Shown here: positions 56,066 through 64,000 of the stretch, in pieces | Numbering within the stretch: the first letter of the stretch is position 1 | How the letters are laid out: each line of letters begins with the position of its first letter | Assembly: GCA_963729605.1 (NCBI GenBank) | Contig: CAVSNY010000003.1 | Coordinates: forward strand, 224,001 to 288,000 | Origin: an uncultured Gammaproteobacteria bacterium | GTDB lineage: Bacteria; Pseudomonadota; Gammaproteobacteria; DRLM01 | Reading direction: 5' to 3' | DNA length: 64,000 nucleotides | Made by a program: the position numbers and the translations under genes | The notes under the pieces: model-generated | The model's database searches: none | Told to the model about the DNA's origin: nothing | What the model saw: the letters and a program-made list of their open reading frames with translations, nothing else

Positions 56066-56385
56066 CTACGGCCAGCGGTTGCGAAAGAATTGGTGGTTGA
56101 ACGCCGTGCCGTGTTCGCTGCAGGCGTTGAAGAGGTCGAAGAACTGGAACAGCACGAAGGCGGTGAAGGCCAGCGTCAGGGCGCAGGCCTCGCCCTGCGG
56201 TTGGGCGTACCCAGAACAGCGCCAGCGTGCCCACGGCCATGGTGAAGCCATTGCCCGGCGCGCCGCAGGCCGGCCACAGAGACCAGAGTCTGGCGAGCAG
56301 ACTCATCTGCAGCAGAGGCGCGATGACCTGCGCTTTCCCGTGCTGGGTCAGCAAGGCCACGGATTGGCCGTCATACGGGTCAGCA
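56066..56385 (-). pseudogene. Collapsed remnants: internally deleted DUF6671 paralogue fused to a fragment of a cation-transporting P-type ATPase C-terminus
   Basis: [30 protein letters not shown] matches both ends of 52578-53444; then TLAFTAFVLFQFFDLFNACSE..FFRNRW (P2 ATPase late TM pattern). Confidence 0.65.
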
Positions 56386-56452
56386 TCGCGTTGTCCCGAC
56401 GCACTCGTCGGAACAGCCGTTAGAGGCGTGCCGGCAGCCGGTCTGGCGACGT

Positions 56453-57475
56453 TCACGGCTCTCGCTTCTCCGTCGTCGTCGGCTGCTTTGGCGGGAACGG
56501 ATAGGCGCTGCCGCCCTTGCCGCGCGGCGGAAGGTAGAGCGACAGCAGCATCGTGATCGCCAGGATGCTGACCGTGACCGACAGCGACCAGACCACCGGG
56601 ATCTTGTATAGATCCACGATCAGCATCTTCACGCCGATGAACACCAGCACCAGCGCCAGGCCGTAGCTCAGCAGATGGAAGCGCTCGTGCGCGCCGGCCA
56701 GCAGGAAATACATCGCCCGCAGGCCGAGAATGGCGAACACGTTCGAGGTCAGCACGATGAACGGATCGGTGGTGATGGCGAAGATTGCCGGGATCGAGTC
56801 CACCGCGAACACCACGTCGACGATGCCAATCAGCACGATCACGATCGCCAGTGGCGTGGCCATGCGCACGCCGTTCACTACCGTGAAGAACTTTTCGCCA
56901 TCGTAGGCCGGTGCGATGCGCACCTTGCTGCGCAGAAATTTCAGCGCCGGGTTGGCCTCCAGGTCCGGCTCCTTGCCGGCAGCCCACCACATCTTGATCC
57001 CGGTGAACAGCAGGAAGACGCCGAACAGATAGAGAATCCAGTGGAACTGCGCGATTAGCCAGGCGCCGATCAGGATCATCACCGCGCGCAGCACCAGCGC
57101 GCCGAGGATGCCGATCATCAGCACGCGCTTCTGGAACTCGGCCGGCACCGCAAAGTAGGTGAACAGCATCAGGAACACGAAGATGTTGTCCACCGCCAGC
57201 GCCTTTTCGATCAGGTAGCCGGTGATGAACTCCACTGACTTGGTGTTGGCCAGATCGCGCGCGACGGGGTCGTCACCGAGGCCGCCCAGATACCACCACA
57301 GCCAGCCGACGAAGACGAAGGACACCGCCACCCAGATCAGCGACCACACGGCCGCTTCGCGCATCGAAACCCGGTGCGCGCCCTGGCGGTTGAGGGCGTA
57401 GAAATCCAGGACCAGAGCGACCAGCACGAACAACGTGAACAGCGTCCACATCAAAGGGGTGCCAATGGTCATCAT
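56453..57475 (-). CDS. TerC/Alx family membrane protein
   Basis: [48 protein letters not shown]. Confidence 0.93.
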   Translation of the reverse strand: MMTIGTPLMWTLFTLFVLVALVLDFYALNRQGAHRVSMREAAVWSLIWVAVSFVFVGWLWWYLGGLGDDPVARDLANTKSVEFITGYLIEKALAVDNIFVFLMLFTYFAVPAEFQKRVLMIGILGALVLRAVMILIGAWLIAQFHWILYLFGVFLLFTGIKMWWAAGKEPDLEANPALKFLRSKVRIAPAYDGEKFFTVVNGVRMATPLAIVIVLIGIVDVVFAVDSIPAIFAITTDPFIVLTSNVFAILGLRAMYFLLAGAHERFHLLSYGLALVLVFIGVKMLIVDLYKIPVVWSLSVTVSILAITMLLSLYLPPRGKGGSAYPFPPKQPTTTEKREP

Positions 57476-58380
57476 TTCTTGTTTTTCCGGAGGAACTCGG
57501 GCGTCGGTCCTGTTGCCTGAAGTGCAGCGATGCGCTCAGCCAGCGGCGGGTGGGTCATGAACAGGCGCTTGAGCCCGCCAGCGCCGCCGCCGGCGATGCC
57601 GAAGGCCGCCAGCTTGTCGGGCAGCGGCTGCGGATGCAGGCTGTTCAAACGCTCCAGCGCCGCGATCATGTTGTCGCGGCCCGCCAGGTTTGCGCCGCCC
57701 TGGTCGGCGCGGAACTCGCGCTGGCGCGAGAACCACATGACGATGATGGCGGCCAGGACGCCCAATACCAGGTCGGCGACGATGACGGTCACCCAGAATG
57801 CCGGACCGTGGCCGTTCTCGGTCCTGAAAATCACCCGGTCGACTGTGTGACCGATCACCCGCGACAGGAACAGGACGAAGGTGTTGACCACGCCCTGGAT
57901 CAGCGCCAGCGTCACCATGTCGCCGTTGGCGGCGTGCGCGATTTCATGGCCGAGCACCGCTTCCGCCTCCTCGCGCGTCATCTGCTGCACCAGGCCGGTG
58001 GAGACGGCGATCAGGGCCTTGTTCCGGCTCATCCCGGTGGCGAAGGCGTTGGCGTCGGGCGCCTCGTAAATGCCGACCTCGGGCATGCCGATGCCCGCCT
58101 GGCGCGCGTACTTGCGGACCGTATCCACCAACCAGGCCTCGATCGCGTTCGACGGCACCTCGATCACCCGCACGCCCATCGTCTTCCTGGCCATCCACTT
58201 GGAAACGGCCAGCGAGATGAGCGAACCGCCGAAGCCCATCACCGCGGCGAACACCAGCAGCGCGCCCAGGTTCAGCCCTTGTTCGTTCAGCCAGGGCTCC
58301 ACACCCAGCACGCGCATGCTGACCGAGAGCACCAGCAGGATGGCCAAGTTGGTGGCGAGAAACAGGACGATACGTTTCAT
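57472..58380 (-). CDS. htpX: Membrane zinc protease HtpX
   Basis: [50 protein letters not shown]. Confidence 0.95.
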   Translation of the reverse strand: MKRIVLFLATNLAILLVLSVSMRVLGVEPWLNEQGLNLGALLVFAAVMGFGGSLISLAVSKWMARKTMGVRVIEVPSNAIEAWLVDTVRKYARQAGIGMPEVGIYEAPDANAFATGMSRNKALIAVSTGLVQQMTREEAEAVLGHEIAHAANGDMVTLALIQGVVNTFVLFLSRVIGHTVDRVIFRTENGHGPAFWVTVIVADLVLGVLAAIIVMWFSRQREFRADQGGANLAGRDNMIAALERLNSLHPQPLPDKLAAFGIAGGGAGGLKRLFMTHPPLAERIAALQATGPTPEFLRKNKK

Positions 58381-58396
58381 GCTCGGTTCCCTGGGA

Positions 58397-59017
58397 TCAT
58401 TGCCGCGACTGTTGCAGACGGACTTCGATCGCGCCGCCGGGGCGGCGCGTCAGCGCCAGGTCGAAGGACTCACCGTCGCGCTGGAACTGGTGCCGTTCCG
58501 CATCGGGTGTGGCGGAGATCACCTCCCGCACGTAGCCGGCGCCGGCAAAACCCCGCACGTAGTGCGTGAGCACCGCGTCGAAATCGGCGCGTCCCGCGTA
58601 GTGCACGTCGATCGTTCCGCCATCGCTCGCGTAATGGCTGCGCACCAGGCCGGGATAACGCGGGACCGGTCCGGGGTCGGCGCCGCTGACGTCGCGCGCT
58701 GGCGGCTCGTCACCGAGCCCTGGCACCCAGCGGTCGACCTGTTCCTTGACGCCCGGCAGCCAACGCTCGGCCTGCGCCTTCAGATCCGGCGCCACCTGCT
58801 CGATCCTCGTTGCGCCCTCGGTGACCGCGCGCTTGCCCATTTCCGTCGCGGCCGGCGCCTGCGCCCACATCCAGGACAGCAATGCGATACCGGCCCAGAC
58901 GATCAGGCCGATGATGAGCAAGACGATGCCGCCCAGTATCAGCCAGGTGCGCATACGAATGGTTCGCAGGCTCGAAACGGCCTGCGTCAACAACCCAGGA
59001 ATGTTCATTCTGTCCAT
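58397..59017 (-). CDS. Hypothetical single-pass membrane protein
   Basis: GGGGAGA RBS, N-terminal [20 protein letters not shown]; in-operon position. Confidence 0.75.
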   Translation of the reverse strand: MDRMNIPGLLTQAVSSLRTIRMRTWLILGGIVLLIIGLIVWAGIALLSWMWAQAPAATEMGKRAVTEGATRIEQVAPDLKAQAERWLPGVKEQVDRWVPGLGDEPPARDVSGADPGPVPRYPGLVRSHYASDGGTIDVHYAGRADFDAVLTHYVRGFAGAGYVREVISATPDAERHQFQRDGESFDLALTRRPGGAIEVRLQQSRQ

Positions 59018-59117
59018 TTCTCCCCCGTTGACGGACGTTTGCCGCACGTTCCGGCCCACAGCCACCACTCCTTCAAGGAGCGTGCAGCGGGCATCGCGGC
59101 GCCTGTCGTTATCTGCA

Positions 59118-59420
59118 TCAGAACTTCTCCGGCCTCAGTGCCGACACGTCGTTGACGAACAGCACCATGCCGTAATCGTCGTAGTAGCGCGCCCACAGAT
59201 GCCTTGCGATGGCGTCGGCGATCTCGGCGTCGCACAGGATTTCGATGCGGATGTTGCTGCTTTCGTCCCAGGCGGCGTCGCGCGGCCCACGGCGGCCTTT
59301 GCCACGGGCGTCGGTGATGGTGAAGCCGCACGCCCCCAAGCGCTCGATCTCCTCAACCAATATCCTTTCCAGGGCCGATTCGGTAATGATGGTGAGCAGT
59401 TTGCGTGTTGAGCTGTTCAT
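59118..59420 (-). CDS. P-II-like regulator (SbtB-like)
   Basis: KLLTIITESALE, GACGFTITDARGKG, NIRIEILC, VSALRPEKF; coupled to the SbtA-like gene. Confidence 0.85.
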   Translation of the reverse strand: MNSSTRKLLTIITESALERILVEEIERLGACGFTITDARGKGRRGPRDAAWDESSNIRIEILCDAEIADAIARHLWARYYDDYGMVLFVNDVSALRPEKF

Positions 59421-60370
59421 GAGCCGAGACCTCCGGTCAGCGCAAATGCCTGCGTCGCCATGGCGTGATAGAGCGGAATGCCGACCAGGACGTTGAACGG
59501 GAAAGTGACGCCCAATGAGGCGGCCAGCGACAGCGTCGGGTTCGCTTCCGGCACCGAGATGCGCATGGCCGCAGGCACGGCGATGTAGGAGGCGCTCGCG
59601 GCCAGGATGCCCAGCATTGCCGTGCCACCCAGCGACAGCCCGAGCCCCATTCCCAGCGCGATACCCACCACAGAGGAGACGAGCGGCATGCCGACACCGA
59701 ACAACACGAGAAATGGACCGTGCTGCCGCAGGCTGCCGAACTGGGCGGCCGTGATCAGCCCCATCTCCAGCAGGAATAGGGCGAGGATGCCTTTGAACAG
59801 GTCAAAGAAGAGGGGCTTGATGGACGTCAGTCCCTCCGGGCCTGCCGCCCAACCGATCAGCAACCCGCCGACGAGCAGCACGATACCCTTGCCCAAAAAG
59901 ACCTCATGGGCCACGGCACGCAGGCGCGTTTCGCGCGAGAAGCCGCGGGCGAGCAGGATGCCCACCAGGATGGCCGGAATCTCCAGCACTGCGAGCAGGA
60001 ACGGCATGTGCGCTTCGAACTCGATCTGCCGGCTGGCGAACCAGGCGACTGCGACGGCATAGGTGGCGACGCTCACCGAACCGTAGTGGGCGGCGATGGA
60101 GGCCGCATCCGCGCGCGGCACGCGACCGGCAAAACGCAACACCGGGAATGCTAGCAGCGGCAACAGCGCGCCCATCGCAATGACGGCGAGCGCCTGCGGC
60201 ACCAGTTCGCCGAAGGGCTGGCGGGCGAGTTCGATGCCACCCTTGAGACCGATGGCAAGCAGCAGCAGCATGCTCACCAGGTCATACACGGCTGCGGGCA
60301 GGCGCAGCTCCGACCGCAGCAGGCCGGCGGCCAACCCGAGCAGGAAGAACAGCAGAACGGGATCGAGCAT
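59417..60370 (-). CDS. sbtA: Sodium-dependent bicarbonate transport permease (SbtA/DUF897 family)
   Basis: LLLAIGLKGG, AAHYGSVSVAT, FLLEMG, ASASYIAVPAAMR, SLGVTFPFN. Confidence 0.9.
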   Translation of the reverse strand: MLDPVLLFFLLGLAAGLLRSELRLPAAVYDLVSMLLLLAIGLKGGIELARQPFGELVPQALAVIAMGALLPLLAFPVLRFAGRVPRADAASIAAHYGSVSVATYAVAVAWFASRQIEFEAHMPFLLAVLEIPAILVGILLARGFSRETRLRAVAHEVFLGKGIVLLVGGLLIGWAAGPEGLTSIKPLFFDLFKGILALFLLEMGLITAAQFGSLRQHGPFLVLFGVGMPLVSSVVGIALGMGLGLSLGGTAMLGILAASASYIAVPAAMRISVPEANPTLSLAASLGVTFPFNVLVGIPLYHAMATQAFALTGGLGS

Positions 60371-60372
60371 GC

Positions 60373-60909
60373 TCAAGATGGCGTTCCTCCAACGTGCGGT
60401 TGCGCCGGCGGCAGGAGCAAGCCGCCGTTGCCGTCCAGGTAAAGCGGAGACAGCACCAGCCCGGGATAGCGCGCCTCGAGTGCGCGCAACTCGTCATTTG
60501 CGCAGCGCTCGGACGTGTCGTCTCTGAAGACAGGGATGAAGCGGGCCGCAAGCGTGGCGGTCTCCGTCTCTTCATACCCGAAGCACTCCAGCAGCGCCGC
60601 CACCAGATCGACGCGGGGGACGGTGCGGGCCGCCGCTTCCAGCCAGCACAGCATCCAGATCCCATTGATCCCCGTTGTCTCGAGGATGCGCACGGTTCGC
60701 CGCGCGCCACCCGCGTCCGGCAGAACCAACGCGGATGGCAGGTTCGCCACCCCCTCGTCATCGATCCAGATGCCCTGGATGACTTCCGGCGCGCTGCCGG
60801 GCGACCGACGGTGAAGAATCGACAGGTACGCGGCCAGTTCTTTGCCGGCGCGCTCCAGATCCGCAAAGCGGCGAACCAGCAAGAAGACGCCTCTGGGTTC
60901 GCTGGGCAT
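60373..60909 (-). CDS. Hypothetical protein, first gene of the island operon
   Basis: ORF overlapping the sbtA start region; GGAGA RBS-like sequence upstream of ATG 60909. Confidence 0.65.
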   Translation of the reverse strand: MPSEPRGVFLLVRRFADLERAGKELAAYLSILHRRSPGSAPEVIQGIWIDDEGVANLPSALVLPDAGGARRTVRILETTGINGIWMLCWLEAAARTVPRVDLVAALLECFGYEETETATLAARFIPVFRDDTSERCANDELRALEARYPGLVLSPLYLDGNGGLLLPPAQPHVGGTPS

Positions 60910-61014
60910 GCCTTCATCTCCTGTGACGACTATGTATTGGGATCGACTCAAGGCCGGGCCAAACCCTGGCTGACCGAGCTTCCAGTGCGTTCGCTCAGTC
61001 CCGCCCATTGGGTG

Positions 61015-61095
61015 CGGTCACAATTATCAATTTTTTACAAAGACAATAAAAGTCGTTTATTCTTACATAACTACGCGGAAAAAATTGCTGATAGG
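61015..61095. promoter_or_regulatory. AT-rich divergent promoter / LysR-binding region
   Basis: AT-rich patch within GC-rich DNA between the LysR gene and the divergent operon. Confidence 0.5.
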
Positions 61096-61101
61096 GGCCG
61101 G

Positions 61102-62043
61102 ATGAATCTCAAGCACCTGCGCTACTTCTGGGTGACCGCACATGCCGGGAGCGTTGCTGCGGCGGGCAACCAGCTTCATCTGACGCCGCAAACCGTCGGC
61201 GCCCAGATCAAGCTGCTCGAGAACGAGCTCGGGACAGCCTTGTTCAAACCCGCTGGGCGCGGCCTCGAATTGACCGAAGCGGGGCGCGTCGCTCTTTCCT
61301 ACGCCGACGAGATCTTTGCGCTCGGTCAGGAGATGGTTTCGTCGCTGCGAGCCACCGGTATCCCGGAACACGCGGCAGCGGCGTTTCGTGTAGGAGTTTC
61401 CGACGCAGTCCCCAAATCGCTGACCCACCGTTTGCTGGCTTCGCTGAGGCGGCCGACGAAGCCGGTCCGGCTGGTCTGCCGCGAAGGCTCGATCGAGGCC
61501 TTGCTCGGCGAATTGGCCCTGCACCGGCTGGAGATGGTGTTGGCCGATCGTCCCATGCCGGCCGGATTGGCCGTCCGCGCACACAGCCGCAAGCTGGGCG
61601 AATGCGCTCTTGCCTTCTTCGCTCCTCCACGGCTCGTGCGGCAGGATACGGTCTTCCCGGCCTGCCTGAACGGAGCCCCGCTGCTGTTACCCGGACAGAA
61701 CGCGGCGGTACGGGGCGAAATCGACCGCTGGCTGGGCGAGGTGCGCCTGTCCCCACGAGTCGTCGGTGAATTCGACGACAGCGCCCTGATGAAAGTTTTT
61801 GCTCAGGCGGGTGAGGGCTATTTCCCTGCGCCAGCCATCATCTCGGATGAGATCTGCGCGCGCTATGGCGTCAGCGAGGTGGGGCGGGTGGATGAAATAC
61901 GCGAAGCGTTCTGGTTGATCAGCACCGAGCGGCGCATTCAGCACCCGGAGGTTCGCGCCGTGCTCGAGGCCGCCCGTGGGGCCGTCTTCAGCACGGCTGC
62001 CGGCGGCGAAGCAGTGCGGCAACAAACGTGTCTCGATCGATGA
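61102..62043 (+). CDS. LysR-family activator, NhaR-like
   Basis: MNLKHLRYFW, LHLTPQTVGAQIKLLE, VGVSDAVPKSL, EFDDSALMKVF, ISTERRIQHP. Confidence 0.9.
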   Translation: MNLKHLRYFWVTAHAGSVAAAGNQLHLTPQTVGAQIKLLENELGTALFKPAGRGLELTEAGRVALSYADEIFALGQEMVSSLRATGIPEHAAAAFRVGVSDAVPKSLTHRLLASLRRPTKPVRLVCREGSIEALLGELALHRLEMVLADRPMPAGLAVRAHSRKLGECALAFFAPPRLVRQDTVFPACLNGAPLLLPGQNAAVRGEIDRWLGEVRLSPRVVGEFDDSALMKVFAQAGEGYFPAPAIISDEICARYGVSEVGRVDEIREAFWLISTERRIQHPEVRAVLEAARGAVFSTAAGGEAVRQQTCLDR

Positions 62044-62993
62044 TGTTGCACCTCACCTCCTGCGCAAGCGATTTGGCCGTCGCCGTGGACCTGCTGCGAG
62101 CAGGCGAACTGGTGGCCTTGCCTACCGAGACCGTCTACGGGCTGGCTGCCGACGCGACCAATGCCGACGCTGTGCACGCCATCTTTCATGCCAAAGGCCG
62201 CCCCGCCGATCATCCTCTGATCGTGCATATCGCCGCGGCCGAACAACTGCCGGTCTGGGCCGACGAGGTCCCGGAGGCGGCCTGGCGGCTGGCTTCTGCG
62301 TTCTGGCCTGGGCCGCTGACATTGGTGCTGCCTGCGGCGCCGGCCGTCTCGCCGCTGTTGACGGGAGGCCAGACAACGATCGCGCTGCGTGTGCCGGCCC
62401 ATCCGGTGTTTCAGGCCGTGTTGCGGCAGTTCGGCCGAGGCTTGGCCGCACCATCCGCAAATCCCTTTGGTCGCATCAGCCCGACCACCGCGACGCATGT
62501 GCAGTGCCACTTGGCCGGAAGGATCGCGGCGGTTGTCGATGGCGGCCCATGCCCGGTCGGTATCGAATCCACCATCGTGGATCTCAGCGGCGACCAGCCC
62601 CGCATTTTGCGGCCTGGTATGATCGCCGTCGAGGCCGTCGCGCAGCATCTGCCTCGAATCGCCACCACTGGAGCCCCTGCGCCGCGCGTACCGGGTACGC
62701 TGGCCTCGCATTACGCGCCACGCAAGCCGTGCTTCAGGATTCCGATCGATCTGCACAAGGAACCGTTCTCGGGTCAGCGTCTGGGACTGCTTGCGACTCG
62801 TCCCGTCAACTGGCCGGTGGCGAGATTCTGGCCGATGCCAGCGTACCCTGAAGACTACGCGCGTGTGCTGTATTCGACACTGCACCAAGCCGATGCCAGT
62901 GACCGCGACGTCCTGCTGATCGCACTGCCACCAGACGAACCGTCATGGGTGACCATACAGGACCGGATCCGCCGCGCGACGCGATCTCTTTAG
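62028..62993 (+). CDS. L-threonylcarbamoyladenylate synthase (Sua5/TsaC2 type)
   Basis: LPTETVYGL, AKGRPADHPLIVH, FWPGPLT, AAPSAN.FG, GIESTIVD, PGTLASHYAP. Confidence 0.93.
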   Translation: MSRSMMLHLTSCASDLAVAVDLLRAGELVALPTETVYGLAADATNADAVHAIFHAKGRPADHPLIVHIAAAEQLPVWADEVPEAAWRLASAFWPGPLTLVLPAAPAVSPLLTGGQTTIALRVPAHPVFQAVLRQFGRGLAAPSANPFGRISPTTATHVQCHLAGRIAAVVDGGPCPVGIESTIVDLSGDQPRILRPGMIAVEAVAQHLPRIATTGAPAPRVPGTLASHYAPRKPCFRIPIDLHKEPFSGQRLGLLATRPVNWPVARFWPMPAYPEDYARVLYSTLHQADASDRDVLLIALPPDEPSWVTIQDRIRRATRSL

Positions 62994-63111
62994 CAGACAG
63001 TGGCAGTTGCAGCTTGGCGGAACGCCGCCGCGATGCAGTGCGGAAGCGAGTAGCTCACGGGGCTGGGGCACGCGGCCGGGGGACGGCGCGGACGCCAATC
63101 TGGGGCAAGTC

Positions 63112-63564
63112 GGTCGTGTCGCCCGGCGTGGTGTAGGTTCTAGAGTGGTCATCGGCGGCACCTGGCTTAGGTTTGGGTTTCGACGACCAACCTGAACACA
63201 AGGAACCACCGATGACCGACGAGATGATGAACCTGCAGGCGCTTCTGGAGAAGAGCCCGCGATGTGTCGCGGCCCTCAGGAAACGATACGCACGTCCGTG
63301 TGCGAATCGACCTCGGTCTCGCGACGTTGATTCCTTTCGCCCCGGACGCCCTGCGTCCGCCACGACACGCTACTACGCAGCGCGTCATGGCTACCACACT
63401 GGCTGACCCCGCGTCGCGGCTAAAGTCCGGCTGTCTCACTCTTGCTGGACCGCGGGCTCCTCCCCCTCGCTTCGCTCTCCTTGGCTCGTCGAACGCCGAT
63501 CTGCTACGCGAGATGATTGGTTTTGCCAGCCAGAGGCTGATGGAGCTGGAAGTGGGCGCGCTGA
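63112..63564 (+). mobile_element. IS256-family remnant (left end plus N-terminal transposase), interrupted by the 232-bp element
   Basis: End GGTCGTGTC..GCGTGGTGTAG; ATG 63212 MTDEMMNLQALLEKSP / NADLLREMIGFASQRLMELEVGAL; truncated near 63564. Confidence 0.8.
63260..63491 (+). mobile_element. Unclassified 232-bp repeated insertion element, copy 2
   Basis: CGATGTGTCGCGGCCCTCAGG...CTCCTTGGCTCGTCG; removing it restores the IS256 reading frame. Confidence 0.82.
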
Positions 63565-64000
63565 ACATCGGGACATGGCGGCAAGGATTCGTGCCGTCAG
63601 GCCGATAGCCCCACACCTCGGCCAAGTTGAACATCTTGCGCAGGATGCTGAACGCCTTGTTCGCCTCGGTCTGCTTGTACGAAAGTTTTTCCATCAGTCC
63701 GGCAACATCGGGCCGCTTCACGTCGTGAACCTTCTTGCGGCCCAGCAGCGGGATGATGCAGCGGTCGATGACGCCTTGATAGCCGAGTTGGGTGCTGGGC
63801 TTGTTGCGCTTCTTGGAGTAGTCCTCCATGAATTTCTTGCACAACTCCGCAACAGTGGGCGCCTTGCGCGCCTCGGTCTTGGCGGCACCAGGATCGCCGC
63901 CTCGGCGAACCTCAGCCAGCCAGTTCTGCGCCAGCGAGCGGGCCTGTTCGACGGTCAGTTCTCCGTACATGCCCAACGCCGGCTTGCGCCGCTCGCCGGC
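63565..64000 (-). pseudogene. N-terminal part of a tyrosine integrase (arm-binding and core-binding domains); catalytic domain lost; starts beyond the window
   Basis: G.YGELTVEQAR..A..WLAEVRRGGDP, PTVAELC..F, LRKMFNLAEVWG..NPCRHV; breaks at the IS256 fragment. Confidence 0.82.

Noticed and set aside
52578-62043. Locus of heat resistance (tLST) or tellurite resistance operon
   Set aside because: htpX, terC and a TerB-like domain are present, but ClpG/ClpK, small heat-shock proteins, KefC and terZADE are absent

Overview
Bacterial chromosome segment. Gene order and protein types suggest a Gammaproteobacterium (inference). About 1-47.4 kb is backbone: leuA with a Leu-rich leader peptide, family-4 UDG, rimI, a cold-shock protein, beta-carbonic anhydrase, uvrA (one frameshift)-MFS-ssb, sucCD-nadE-glnB, ispG, pcm, ettA, a REC-GGDEF-EAL protein, a glycerol/glycerophosphodiester operon and rnd. 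The most interesting locus is 37.4-45.5 kb. It holds a NodU/CmcH carbamoyltransferase, an SxtJ-like membrane protein, a 49-aa DUF5989/SxtK-like peptide ending in FIYTVF (the DltX-type Tyr acyl-shuttle motif) and a membrane-anchored SGNH-TPR protein. These are bracketed by three related secreted proteins ending in a Gly/Ser linker plus GW/GWGW. I infer an MBOAT-independent envelope carbamoylation system. Two candidate C-rich small RNAs are visible, one with a sigma54 promoter and one with a sigma28 promoter. From about 47.5 kb there is a visibly more GC-rich accessory island. It carries IS5, IS256 and integrase remnants, two copies of an unclassified 205/232-bp insertion element, and an NhaR-like LysR regulator divergent from a long operon (sbtA/sbtB-like, htpX, terC, Ca/Na antiporter, dgkA, TerB-like, DUF6671, pyrC lacking its carbamylated Lys, ilvD, broken bioA and thyA). 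No rRNA, tRNA or CRISPR array was recognised. All family calls come from motif recognition, not database searches.
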